From contig OZ336885.1 in NCBI GenBank assembly GCA_965287045.1, positions 62,310,001-62,374,000 on the forward strand: 64,000 nt of DNA. Direction: 5' to 3'. This document shows, piece by piece, positions 26,381 to 37,729 of this stretch (position 1 is its first letter; each line of letters begins with the position of its first letter). The DNA is from Carcharhinus amblyrhynchos. Lineage: Eukaryota. Under the pieces are notes generated by a model. That model saw nothing but the letters and a program-made list of their open reading frames with translations. It did no database searches and was not told the DNA's origin. A program made the translations under genes and the position numbers.

Positions 26381-29300
26381 TGTGTGCCTTGATTGGGGTC
26401 TATTTGTAATGGTACCCCGCATCTTGGGATTAGTTCCTCAGCTAATATTCTCGCCACCGTAGTGGCTTGAACTTCTTTTAGCCGGGAATGTCTCTACCTA
26501 TCTGGTGAATTGTTCAATTATCACTAAACAGTAAGTCCTCTCTTGTGACTTAGGAAGAGGTCTTGTAAAGTCAATTTGTAGATCTTCCCAGAGATCCTTA
26601 GGGAGAGGCTGGTGCGCAGTCCTGGTTTTTACAGACATCCTCGGTTATACTGGGCACAAATTACACACATATGTCTGTACCGTGCAATATGCTGTCACAT
26701 TCCTTTCCACCACCACTTCTTCCCTATACTGATTGTCATAGCATCTCTTCCCCTTGTGACAGTTCATGATAAAACTGCATCAGAGAATGCTTCAAACATT
26801 ATGGCGCTAGAACTTTATCATTTAATCCCCATACACCCGTTTCGCCAGGTGTAGCTCCTTGAGCTTTCCACCTTGCACGCTCCTCTTCAGGTGTATCAGA
26901 GTGTAGCTGTGACATGTCTGTTGGGGGGCTCCACTGTAACCGACGCGGCCGACACGGCTTCCACTTCCCCTGTTTCTAAAGCCAAATGTGCTGTTTTGTC
27001 GGCTGACTAGTTTCCTTAAAAAAAAACCATTCGGGGCCTTGCTTACCTAGTTCCTTTTAATGTGCCTTTACCTTCAATATCATGGTTTCAAATGGGAGTT
27101 CGCTGGCATCAAATAAGGCTTCGATTAACTGTCCATGCTTGACTGGAGTGCCTCTCCTTCTTCCCCAAACGGTCGTATAATCATGCGCAATTCCAAATGC
27201 ATATCTACTGTCGTTGTGAATGTTGACCCTACTTTCCGCCGCCTCAGCAAAAGCCTGGATCAAGGCCACGAGATCTACCACTTGTGCTGACATACCTCCT
27301 CCAATCCTTCCTGCTCGGACCACTTGTAAGTTCGTGTTTACCACATCCCATCCCGTTCGCGGTAACACGCCTACATACTTCCGTGACCCAACCAAACACA
27401 TGGTTTCCCCCAGTGGTTCCAAGGGCACATCCTTTATTCTATTTTTCTCTGTCTTCTCATGTGTGTTTCCACGCGTGTGTAGTTTCACTTCACGTAACAT
27501 TCCTTCGGTGGGGCTCTCTATAATGCCCCACCATTGTGTTGGACTCATGGGGAAGGGGGGCACTGTCTCCCACTTCTCATATTTGAGACAGATCGTAATT
27601 TTCGTGTATGTAACATTTCTCCCAAGGCATGTTTGGTGTGAAAGGCAATATTACCTATCATTACAATGGACTTGCAGTCTTTTACTGTCCATGCCGTGCA
27701 ATCCAATCAATACGGGGCCCTGGGCAAAAGAATAATATCCCACCGGCCACTGTTTGTCCCCATGGGTTTTGGTTATCACCGCCGAATAGTATCCTCCTTC
27801 ATTGTTACAATAGATATGAATATCCCTATTAGCGTCTGGTAACCCAAGTCCTGGGGCCGACTGTAATCCTCCTTTTAGTTTACTACATCCCTCTTCCTGT
27901 TCTGATCCCCACTCCACAACTTCGAGAGTGGGTGTCCCCTCTTATAATAGCTTTTGGAATGGCTCAACTATTTTGGCGTATTCTGGTATGAATTTGTGGC
28001 TGTTATTAAACAATCCCAAAACCTTCCTTACCCCTCGGAAAGTTACTGCCCTTGGCATTTGTTTCTATCGCGTTTTCCTGTCTACGGGCATTTCCCTGGC
28101 CTCTCTGGATATTGAATGTCCCAAATATAATATGGTCTTTTTGGGGCTTGCCTTAGTCCTTGATCTTCTAAGTGCTTCAAGGCCAAGTAGTTTGAGAGAC
28201 TATCAAGATGTCGTCCACTTACAGTAAAATGGTGCCGCCTTTCGGGAGTTCCGCTTGTTCGAGTATCTTACTAATTGTCCGATGAAATATACCCGGGCTG
28301 TTATGGAATCCCTTAGGGAGCCTTGTCCATGTATACAGCTTATCACCCACTGTGAAGGCAAATTGATTCTGTGAAATAACATCCAAGAGGATGGACCAAA
28401 ACCCATTGGCAATGTCTACTACTGTAAAAAAAAATCATTGGATGGTAACAATCGGTTTAGGGTGTGGGGGGCGGGGTGGGGGGCTGGCCACGATGAGATG
28501 CCGTTTAGCAGTTACTTTATTTAAACTCGTACAATCAATGGTTAACCGGTAACTCCCATCCGGTTTGGGCACCGGCAAATTCGGGGATTTGGTGGTACTC
28601 GTGGTCTCCCGCAGGATCCCTTTTTCCACCAATGCCTTCACAAGTTCCTCAGCCACCTTCTCGGCTTCGGGCTTAATCGGATATTGTCGGTTCGGTTTAT
28701 GCTCCGGAAATCCCACTGTTTTGGGATCAATTTTAATTAACCTGGTACCTATGTTTTTTTTGCTCAAGTCCCTGCGACGGAGGCGCATATGGTCTCAAAT
28801 CCATTGTCCTCAAATCGCCAATCGCGTGCTGTCGCAGAGACAGCATGGACGATTTCCAAATATTTTGCATAGCCTACTAACTTGACGGGGTCAGGTCAAT
28901 TCACAGTGTCCAAAATTCATTAAAACGTAATATTCTTTTATGAATTCATTCACCATAATTGTTCCTTCATTGCTCTTACTCACATAAAATTTCATGGGTA
29001 TATACAAATTATTTAATTCTACCAGCGTGGTTTCACTTAGATAGTCTGGAGTTCTCTGCCCGTTAATTCCTCTCACATAAATAATTTAAGCAGTTGTGAG
29101 TAAGGGTAAGTCTGTGGTGGATATGGAGGCTCCCGTGTCCACCAGCATCTCACGTTGTCTGCCTCCTACTTTTGGAGACGCGTAAAGCGTATCTTCCTTG
29201 TTACCCGTGCCTAAGGGGGCTGTTGACCTTCTGTTTGGCTCTTCCGTTGCGGTGGGAGACGCTGGGTTACGTCGACCATGTTTGCTCCAACAAGTGGCTT

Positions 29301-30100
29301 CAGTATGTCCACGTTTGTTGCAAAATTGGCATCTCAGCATTTGTTTCTTAGTGGCCCAACAGTCCCGGGCGAAATGTCCTGGTTTCCCACAATTATGACA
29401 AGTCCCCTTGATCCCATTAGTCAAGACTGTGTGTTCCTGCTTTATTCTTGGATATTGCTATTCGTCTGGTCTGTCCTTAATTTCAGAAGCCTATTCCACT
29501 AATTCATCATAATCCTGTGAACGAATGACTTCCATTTTAAAGATTTTGAGAAACACTGGTGACAGCCGTCTTTAAATGCCTGGATGAATACGCTATCTGT
29601 ACGGATGTCTTCGGGCAACCCCGAGCTTTGCTGATAGAACTTAAAACGTCTCTCCCCATATTCAGATGCCCCTTCACCTTTCTGTTACTTAATATTTGTA
29701 ATTTTGGGTGAGTTGGTTGGCAAATTACCCAGCACACGCTGAACTTCTGCATTTAACCGACTAAATGGTTCCGGTTGAGCCTTCACTTCTGTTGTTAACT
29801 CGACTCCGTGTATCTACGTTCCCCCCACCACCCCCCCCCCCCCCCCCCAACCCCGCACCGACCCCCGGCAATAAAGCCAAGAGCGGTCGGCGGCGTCCTC
29901 TCAGTCCGCCCCGTCATCCATCATTCTCCATTTGTCCGTTCGGCAGGAGGCTCGTACCAACTGATGTATGTTCGTAAGTGTAACTGGTGGTCAACTCAGA
30001 CCAAAATGTGGCATTCGCACTCCGGAGCCGAAGAGTCCCCAGCTGCATCAGGATCTCGTGTCTTTTCCCGGGCTTAAATCGGACAATTCGGGTACTTATA
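26381..30100 (-). mobile_element. Truncated endogenous retrovirus (gag-pro-pol), spuma/loki-like RT
   Basis: Two CCHC knuckles and protease LVDTGAS (ORF 29086-29424). RT motifs QYPIKPEA, PVPKPDGSYRL, DIANGFWS, WTRLPKGFHNSP and *VDD (28210-28221). RNase H SAQ...NIHNDSRYAFG (27057-27400). Integrase WEDLQIDFT...LIPRCGVPLQIDPNQG cut at 26381. Many frameshifts. Confidence 0.92.
29942..29963 (-). promoter_or_regulatory. Candidate LTR end and primer-binding site
   Basis: Minus strand reads ...CA-GT-TGGTACGAGCC upstream of gag; tRNA species not identified. Confidence 0.4.
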
Positions 30101-30167
30101 TATTGTCTCAGCTTTTCTGCAGGTCTGAATAAGCGGCGCTATTATTGAGCTATTACTTCATTTCAGC

Positions 30168-30438
30168 TCATGATTCGAAAGTGATTGGCAGCCTCAATAA
30201 CATAAGTACTACCGAAGAACATATATCTCTGGACAAAACTTAGGCTGGAAAGCAGATTTTGCCAGATAGTGTGCAAGACACTTTCTGAATGATCAGCCTG
30301 CACAAACTGTTTCAAAGTTAACATTGAGATATGCCACAGAAGATTTAAAGTAATGATCAAGGCATTCATCGTATTTACTGGATTTCAAACTATTTGTTCT
30401 GGATAAATAAGAAACGACAACGAAGTCGAAATCATTAG
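30168..30438 (+). pseudogene. Possible decayed Ig-like exon
   Basis: catttcag| acceptor and strong A|gtaagt donor; IYLWTK, SKLTLRY and NDQGI motifs in different frames. Confidence 0.3.
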
Positions 30439-30539
30439 TAAGTGACATCCTTATTTACCCTCGAAACAACTGAATGTATTACACAGACTATTTATACACA
30501 TGATAGTTAACATATTGACTGATTTCTTCCTGAATGAGC

Positions 30540-30635
30540 AAAGAAAAATAGTGAAGGAATAGAGAAAGGAAGGAAGGAGGGAAGAAAGGAAGGAAAGAAC
30601 GAATAAAAGAAGGACGAAACTCAGGAAGAAAGGAA
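30540..30635. repeat. Purine-rich (GAAG/GGAA) low-complexity tract
   Basis: Direct reading; abuts an assembly gap. Confidence 0.85.
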
Positions 30636-30767
30636 NNNNNNNNNNNNNNNNNNNNNNNNNNNNNNNNNNNNNNNNNNNNNNNNNNNNNNNNNNNNNNNNN
30701 NNNNNNNNNNNNNNNNNNNNNNNNNNNNNNNNNNNNNNNNNNNNNNNNNNNNNNNNNNNNNNNNNNN
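30636..30767. other. Assembly gap (132 N)
   Basis: Direct reading. Confidence 1.
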
Positions 30768-33700
30768 GGAGGGAAGCAAGTTTGACAAAAAAGAAAATTA
30801 ATTTTAATCAGCACATTTGAACGAGAATACGCACAATCGCAGTGACAGAGAACTATGTAGTGTTTGCGGCATTGCTTTTAATGGCGTGAGACCAGCGAAC
30901 TGAAGGGTTGATGTCTGTTACGATTCAATTTCCTGAATTTGTTAAAGATTGTGATACGTGTTTGAGCTTAATTTGTCCAACTTGGTGCACCATGTTTTGG
31001 GAAGGAAACATTTCCTTTCTGGTCAGTGTCTATGGAAGGCCACTGAGAAGGGAGACGTTGCTGGAAGACAAGGTCGATTTCATGGTATCACCGACTCTCC
31101 GTGCATTGCGTCCCGCCTAAATTTCCCAGCGGAGAGAAAGTATAGATGTTTGGCCTTTGGTGGTAATTAACAGTTAATCCTACCGGCGGGATTTTCCATT
31201 GGTGCCAAATTCCTAGAATCCTAAAATCATGAAATCTCAACAGTGTAGTAAGAGGATATTCGCCCAGCCAGTCTGCACGGACAGCAAACCAAACTAGATA
31301 TTATGCTCAGGTTTAACCCTGCAGATCCCCCTGACAATAAAGGCGAGATTATACGGTCTTCCTGGAATGAGGCCAGAAACTGACATTTATATCTTCCGCC
31401 CTCGCCTGCGTCCGTTTTTTGGAGGTTTGGGTGGTAGAAATCCGGCGTAGGTGTCAATGGACCATTTTGATTGACATTTACCAGCACGGATTTGGAGAGT
31501 GTGAGGAAATTAGAGGACTCGGAATATTCGACGCAAACACGGCAAGAATATGCAAATTCCACCCAGGAAATAACTTGAATTCGGAACTGAGCCCTCGTCA
31601 ATGGAGCTCTGAATGAACTCACCAAATTTCCTGAAGGCCACCGCCGCAACGGGCAAATAAAGTTATTTGCAGCTGCGTCAGTTGGGCAACATTTATTTCC
31701 TGCATCTGCTATTCCATCCAAACATTGGCATCGAGGGAATGCATGAAGCAAACAGCAAATACAGTTATCAGTTTCCTCAGTTTTTGGGCAATGTTGAATA
31801 TCGAGTGTAGTTTAATGTTTGGATTCGCTGAAATTGTACGAAACATTCTGTGCCAAGATGGCTTAAATGACGTTACTGATTATTGATAAAACTGTCCTTG
31901 TAGCAAGTAGATCAGAGTGAAGGCGGGCACACATGACGAATAAGTTCACTGGCTTAGAGCTGCATTGCATTAGTTAATCAAACTCACAGTGAATATATGG
32001 GAACAAAATGATTTTGCGATCTCCGGAAATCGTCGTTCAACGGATCATTTGTTCTTCGAGATTTGGATGTGAATGCGAGCATTCAAAGCAGGAAATGATG
32101 TTACAACTAATCTAACATATATTGAAAGGTAATTAATTTCGTTTGCAGTCCAGAAATCAAAACAAACTTAAATGTAATTTAATATATAATGAGACTTCCC
32201 CACCATTGAGAATCAGTTAAATAATACATCCTTTTTTCTGAGAAATATAATTGCAGTCATACCATCTTCATAACGCCAACTGCGTGTTTTGTTGTAAAGC
32301 AAGCAGAAAAATGGACACGATTGAGGGTAAAAAAAAACACGACAAGATGTGCTGGGATATGTCTGTAAATGAGCAACGTGCTATTGTGTTACTTTGTAGA
32401 ACTCTTTGTAGAAATTAATTTCGGATCTCCTAATTCCTATGCTCATTGATCTCTCCTCCGATTCACCGGGACGATCGCATTGGGGAGTGAACAGGCAGAT
32501 TCCAAAATACACGCACAAAATACACGATCGCTTTCCTAAAATGCATAAAGAAGCGGTGTAAAACCCGAGAAGTTTAAACGCTGTCTTTATCCCATAAGAT
32601 TTTAATCTGAGACAACACTGTTATATACAAGGTCCGCCTTGTTTCCTTGAACTTTGAATACTTCATGTATTGGGATACCTGATGTTGTCTGTGCCACTCC
32701 GCAAGTTCCTTGTTGAACGGGTTATGAGAGGGAAGAATTGATCTCTTTTCTGCAGAGGCACATCAACGTTTTCAAAAGCAGCCACTTAACAAACCAATCA
32801 ATACCTACATATAGGTGCTGCAAGTTTCTTTGATGAGTGTGTTTTTACTTGCTTCTGTCGGTGTCGCAGCACATTTACGGTGTGTTATTCAAACAAAACT
32901 TCCAAACGCAGTGTGACTTTTTACGAATGCAGACGTCTTGAAATGTTTGGCTGCCAATTAATTATTAGCAAATGCAGCAGACAAATGAGGCATACATACT
33001 GTCCCAATCAAAGCACCGTATGGACGATTTCATATCCTTTAGTGAATTAGCGTAAACGTAGATTAGAACTAGGAGATTGTTCGACAACATTTTCATACTT
33101 ATTAAAACCGTGTTTTCAAATTATTTGCATCTGGATCAGCCAAAAAAGCATTACTTCCTCTGAGCATCTGAACATCGATATGTCATCTACAACAGTGAAA
33201 TACTCCCACAGGACTAACTTCGTTTTCACATGTTAAAGCTAACCATGAAACTTGAACCAGTGCCAATACTATTCAGAGGCAAGTTGGCAGGAGGCACGTA
33301 TTCAAAGACAACTCTCAGCAAATCCTCGGCTTTCTAAAGTAAACACAATTAGACAGTTGATAATGTTTTTCTGCAGATGTCCCGTGTAACGTTTTATAAT
33401 CCGTTCCACTCATATTTATACTTTGTTTGCATGCTTATCTGTTACATGTAGACGTGATTGTCTTCTGGTTAGCTGCTCTTCCTTAGCATTGGGACAATAG
33501 AACGTCACGAAATGTTGTTAACTTCTGTAGGGTCAGTAAATTATTGCAAATACAGATTGAAGTGTTTAAGGAAAGTCAATGTAATGCATTTTCGGAAATA
33601 CCGACTTATTTTTTTAAAAAACGTTATTCCAATCCAAGCAAGTCAAATTAAATCCAATACAGAGTCCCAACAAGTTGGGACATTCCCGATCCAAGCACAC

Positions 33701-33892
33701 AAGACAGGGCTCTCACCACCTGTCTTGGGCTTGACCTTCATGATCGATGCTGATTGGAGTAGGTGTAGCTCCTCATCCAAGGCTTGATCTTACTTGCATC
33801 TTAGTCAAAGGGCCGAAATGCCGCTTTTAAAACAAATGCTTCAAATGAAGCTGAAATGCAACCTCATGACTTCAACCAAGTGCAGCATGTCA

Positions 33893-33931
33893 ATACTACA
33901 CTTGATCTTGACAAAAAAGCCGAGAAGCGAT
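33893..33931 (-). ncRNA. U2 snRNA 5' fragment (nt 1-39), not a full gene
   Basis: Reverse complement ATCGCTTCTCGGCTTTTTTGTCAAGATCAAGTGTAGTAT has 35/39 identity to the vertebrate U2 5' end. Confidence 0.9.
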
Positions 33932-34214
33932 ACAGATTTGTTTTTTTTGTTCACTTTATTCCAATCCAATCAAGTCAAATGAAAGCCAATTCAGAGTCCC
34001 AACAAATTGGGACATTCGCGATCCAAGTTGACAAGACGGCGCTCACCTCCTGTCTTGAGCTTGATCTACAAGACACAAGAGAAGGTGTAGCTCCTCCTCC
34101 AAGGCTTGGTCTAATTTGCATCTTAGCCCTTAGGCCGAGATGCCGCTTTAAAAAAAAATGCTTCAAATGAAGCTGAAATTTAACCTTACGGCTTCAACTA
34201 AGCGTAGCATGAAA

Positions 34215-34252
34215 ATACTACACTGATCTTAGCCAAAAGGCCGAGGAGCAAT
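34215..34252 (-). ncRNA. U2 snRNA 5' fragment, second copy
   Basis: Reverse complement ATTGCTCCTCGGCCTTTTGGCTAAGATCAGTGTAGTAT (2 substitutions, 1 deletion vs U2). Confidence 0.9.
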
Positions 34253-35139
34253 CACTTTAGAAACATATTTCTCTAGGAAAACACTATAGAAATGATGCCC
34301 AAGACGGATTTAAATATAACATAAATATTTAGAAGTAAGTTTAAAGTCTGCGTTCATCCAAACTTGGTGTCTCCATCAATTACGTGAGATGGCACATTTA
34401 ACAGTACATGTCGTTTGACGAAGGGACGTTAACCAAAAACCGTAGCCCTAAGTATAGAGATAGAATACTGACAAATATAGTATGATGGGGGGCTTTTTGG
34501 AAAGTATTGACCAATATTATTTTGTGCAATGAAATTTCCATATCACATGATCTAAAAATAACTTGCACGATTGGAGAGTAGAATTGTTCAGATAAAGTAA
34601 CAATTTAGATGATTACATCGGGGGACAGGCAGTGCTTCAATATCGGTTACTTTCCGTGTACATTCCAAATCATATTGAGTCGTAAAAATGAATATTGTAT
34701 TATGTTTTAAAGACATTGACAGGCTTCTTAAGCCGTCAGGTAAAAAAAAAACATAATTTGCAGGAACAATCGTTCTGTTTGAATTTAATCAACTCTTTAA
34801 AATAGAAGTATGAATTACGGAATTTGATACTGAGGCCACTGTTTGTTGATCCACATTATCTTGCGAAAATTGCAATAAAACTGCGCAGCTATGTATGAAG
34901 TCAATGAAATTCTAGAGGCAGCAATGCTGCAAATGTTTTCTTTTCATATGTTTGTTCAGATATATGCGTTACCTCGGACAGGAGAAATGACTATTTCTCT
35001 TTTTTTAAAATTTAGTTTTGTGGTATCATCTCCAGCATGCCAATCAAAACAGTGACGTATTCGTTTAACAGCACACCTGAAAAAGAAATTAAATTATTTG
35101 CTTTTGCATCAGAATGCTCTGCAATCGTAGTTCCTACTG

Positions 35140-35285
35140 AGACACCACCCACCTGAAGAAGGAACAGCCAATTCCGAAAGCCAATGGTGTTTGCTACAAA
35201 TGAAGCTCTTGGACTTGAACCATGTGTTTTGAGACTTCTTACTCCGCTTACCCCAGTCCAATGCCTGCATCTCCACATCATGCCA
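35140..35285 (+). mobile_element. Penelope-type terminal repeat fragment with hammerhead-ribozyme-like core
   Basis: CTGAAGA (35153-59), A, GGAA-CAGCCAA-TTCC stem-loop, GAAA (35176-79), followed by the common shark repeat TTGGACT..AACC...ACCCCAGTCCAA..C..GCATCTCCACATCA. Confidence 0.65.
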
Positions 35286-35357
35286 AACATTCAATGCTAT
35301 GGAATTTATGTCCACAACAGGATGAACATCCGAAATGATGTAACATACTGAGTAATA

Positions 35358-35686
35358 AGAACATAAGAACATAAGAAATAGGAGCAGGAGTAGGCCATCT
35401 AGCCCTTCGAGCCTGCCCCGCCATTCAATAAGATCATGGCTGATCTGTTGTAGCTCAGTTCCACTTTCCCGCCCTCTCCCCATAACCCTTAATCCCCTCT
35501 CTTATCAAGAACCCATCAACCCGCTTCTTAAAAAATATTTAGCGAGGCAGCCTCCACCACTTCAACGGGCAGAGAATTCCAGAGATTCACCACCCTTTGA
35601 GTGAAGAAGTTCCTCCTCAACTCCGTTCTAAACCGCCTCCCCTTTATCTTGAGGCTGTGCCCCCTAGTCCTACTGTCTTTTTTGAG
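35358..35686 (-). mobile_element. Young 5'-truncated CR1 with 9-bp target-site duplication
   Basis: Nearly identical to 49676-50010; (AAGAACAT)n tail; TGAGTAATA at 35349-35357 and 35683-35691. Confidence 0.95.
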
Positions 35687-36074
35687 TAATAGCTGAAATG
35701 GAATATATCGGCCCTTGGAGGATTTTGAATTATTTGAATATTTTGAATATGACGATTGCCGTTATATTGATTTCACAGAAACTCTTCTCCCCACATCACT
35801 CCTAAAATCTTTTACGCTCTTACGCCCGACGCTATGTTGCAGGCTTTCAGCTAACATCCAAAATCTCAACCATATTTGCTACGTTACAAACACTATGCGT
35901 TTTAGTTGCACCTCTGCCTATAATAAATGGAAATTCGCCTACTGGGCTCAGTATTGTATTTATGACAACAAAAGCAAAACAGCTGTAAATCGCCACACAA
36001 TAGATTCTTAACTTTGTCTGTGGTGGTATTAAAAAAAAAGCTAACAAACATTGAGCTTCCAGATGCAATCATAT

Positions 36075-36415
36075 AAAATCATAGAGAACCGACAGTGCAG
36101 AAAAAAAAAGCCATCTGCCCCATCGTGTCTGCATCGACCACAAACCCACACAGGCCCTACCGATCTTTCCCTACACATTTACACGCTAATTCCTCGCAGC
36201 TGAGGACACAAAACGGTAATTTCAGCCTGGCCAGTCAACCTAACACGCACATCTTTGGACTGGGAGCGGAAACCGGAGCATGCGGAGGAAACCCATGCAA
36301 ACACGAGGAGGATGCACAAGTGCCAAGGATACAGTGACCTAAGCCAGGAGTCGAACTCAGGTTACTGAGCTGCGAAGCAGCAGTGCTAACCTTTTTGCTA
36401 CCCTGCCGCCTATAC
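36075..36415 (-). mobile_element. HE1-like SINE
   Basis: GGAAACCGGAGCA.GCGGAGGAAACCCA.GCA core, tRNA-like head (GTCGAACTCAGG...GCAGCAGTGCTAACC) and CR1-type tail. Confidence 0.85.
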
Positions 36416-36754
36416 TCCAAATGCATTGTGAAATATACTTCGGAATAATACTTCGTACATTTTGTCCATGATTTTCCTGAAATCCATTTCGGGGAGCACC
36501 ATTCATTAGCTCGTTAAATGCAATTCTTGAACAAACCTATCAAATTACCTTGAACAATGTACGTTTGGTGAATCTAGGACGTTTTGTTTCGGTCCTCTTT
36601 CCTGCATCAAGTCCATTTATATTCAATTATTAGGGAGCATATTTAATATACCGACTGTTTTTGATGGCACAATTACAAAGCAATGGCACTGACAGTTATC
36701 CAGATTCAAATATTTATCTGTATTCTCTCTCGATGCAGGTATTCAACCTGCGCT

Positions 36755-36755
<1 letters not shown>

Positions 36756-36830
<75 letters not shown>
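36756..36830. repeat. (TATC)n microsatellite
   Basis: Direct reading. Confidence 0.98.
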
Positions 36831-36831
<1 letters not shown>

Positions 36832-37181
36832 ATCTGTTAACGATGCATTGCATGACATTAGAAGTGCAACTCCGTCAGTGTAGACTTAACATACAACAAA
36901 ATATCAGCTATATCCGTTCAAATGCCAGTTATTTTTAAAACTGTCCTGTAAGCATTGTCTGTTTTATAAAAACATGATTACTTGCATTAAAATGTCTATA
37001 TCTTGTATTCAAATGGCTTTGTTCTGCAGAAAGCGACAAACTCTGAGAAATGAAAATACGTCGCCATTCTTTTTTGCTAGTGAAACCAATCATTAATTTG
37101 CCATTGTTTCTAGCCATATCGTTGTTGGAAAAAGATGAAGGTATGTTTGCTAACCTTTTCTTAACTGAGTGCGTGTAACAG

Positions 37182-37501
37182 GAAATATTTATGTTTCAAA
37201 ATCCAACCACAGAATCACAAGGGCCAAAACGCCAATATTATGGTCGAAATACATTCTTTGCAAACCCCAATGGAACAACACCATTCTTGCCTCTTTATTT
37301 CCTTCTGACTCAAGTCCAATTTCTTTCTGCATCATTTTTCTGTTCCAATTACAGCATCTCCTGAAACATCCCCTGTGTGAAAATGTTCCTCCACATATAC
37401 TCAAATGAGTTCTTGAAAATTAATTTATATGTGCCGCTAACGACCTCACTGGGTTGCCTACCGAAATGATTGATGAAAAACGGTACCAAGTCAGCTTTAT
37501 G
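37182..37501 (+). pseudogene. Possible decayed V(J)-like exon
   Basis: Begins GNIYVSKS; ends FICAAND...KNGTK with a G|gtaagg donor; preceded by leader-like LPLFLAISLLEKDE G|gtatgt (to 37140). Confidence 0.3.
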
Positions 37502-37729
37502 GTAAGGTGTCACGATTTTACAAAAGTCCAAAAACTTCCACTACGAAGAAGAGCGCATAATCCGCAACTGCGTGACACTAACCTAGTTCTACTAAAAGAA
37601 ACGGATCACTTAAACCATTATCAAGATCATTTTATAAACGCCCTACTTTACGATACCTAGATATAATTGAGCACTACTGGATATTTTATTTGATTAATTT
37701 ATTAGTGCCAAAAGGAGGCTAACAGTAGC

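Larger units (their letters stand above)
16672..26381 (+). repeat. Segmental duplication, copy 2
   Basis: See copy 1; lacks the SINE insertion and has an extra ~110 bp at ~19560-19670. Confidence 0.95.
33610..34252 (-). repeat. Tandem dimer of a ~320-335-bp unit headed by a U2 snRNA 5' fragment
   Basis: Units ~33610-33931 and ~33932-34252 are clearly similar; on the minus strand each begins with U2 nt 1-39. Confidence 0.9.

Noticed and set aside
31985-32011. RSS-like CACAGTG + 11-nt spacer + ACAAAATGA
   Set aside because: The nonamer matches only 6/9, and no V, D or J segment is adjacent. The other CACAGTG/CACTGTG hits I checked lack nonamers, so there is no evidence of a rearranging locus.
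33893-33931. Functional U2 snRNA gene
   Set aside because: Only the first 39 nt are present; there is no Sm site or 3' stem-loops.
35847-36068. Minus-strand ORF with IYSC...IIGRGATK resembling a VJ end
   Set aside because: No upstream Cys/Trp, no D-x-G motif and no donor site; likely chance.
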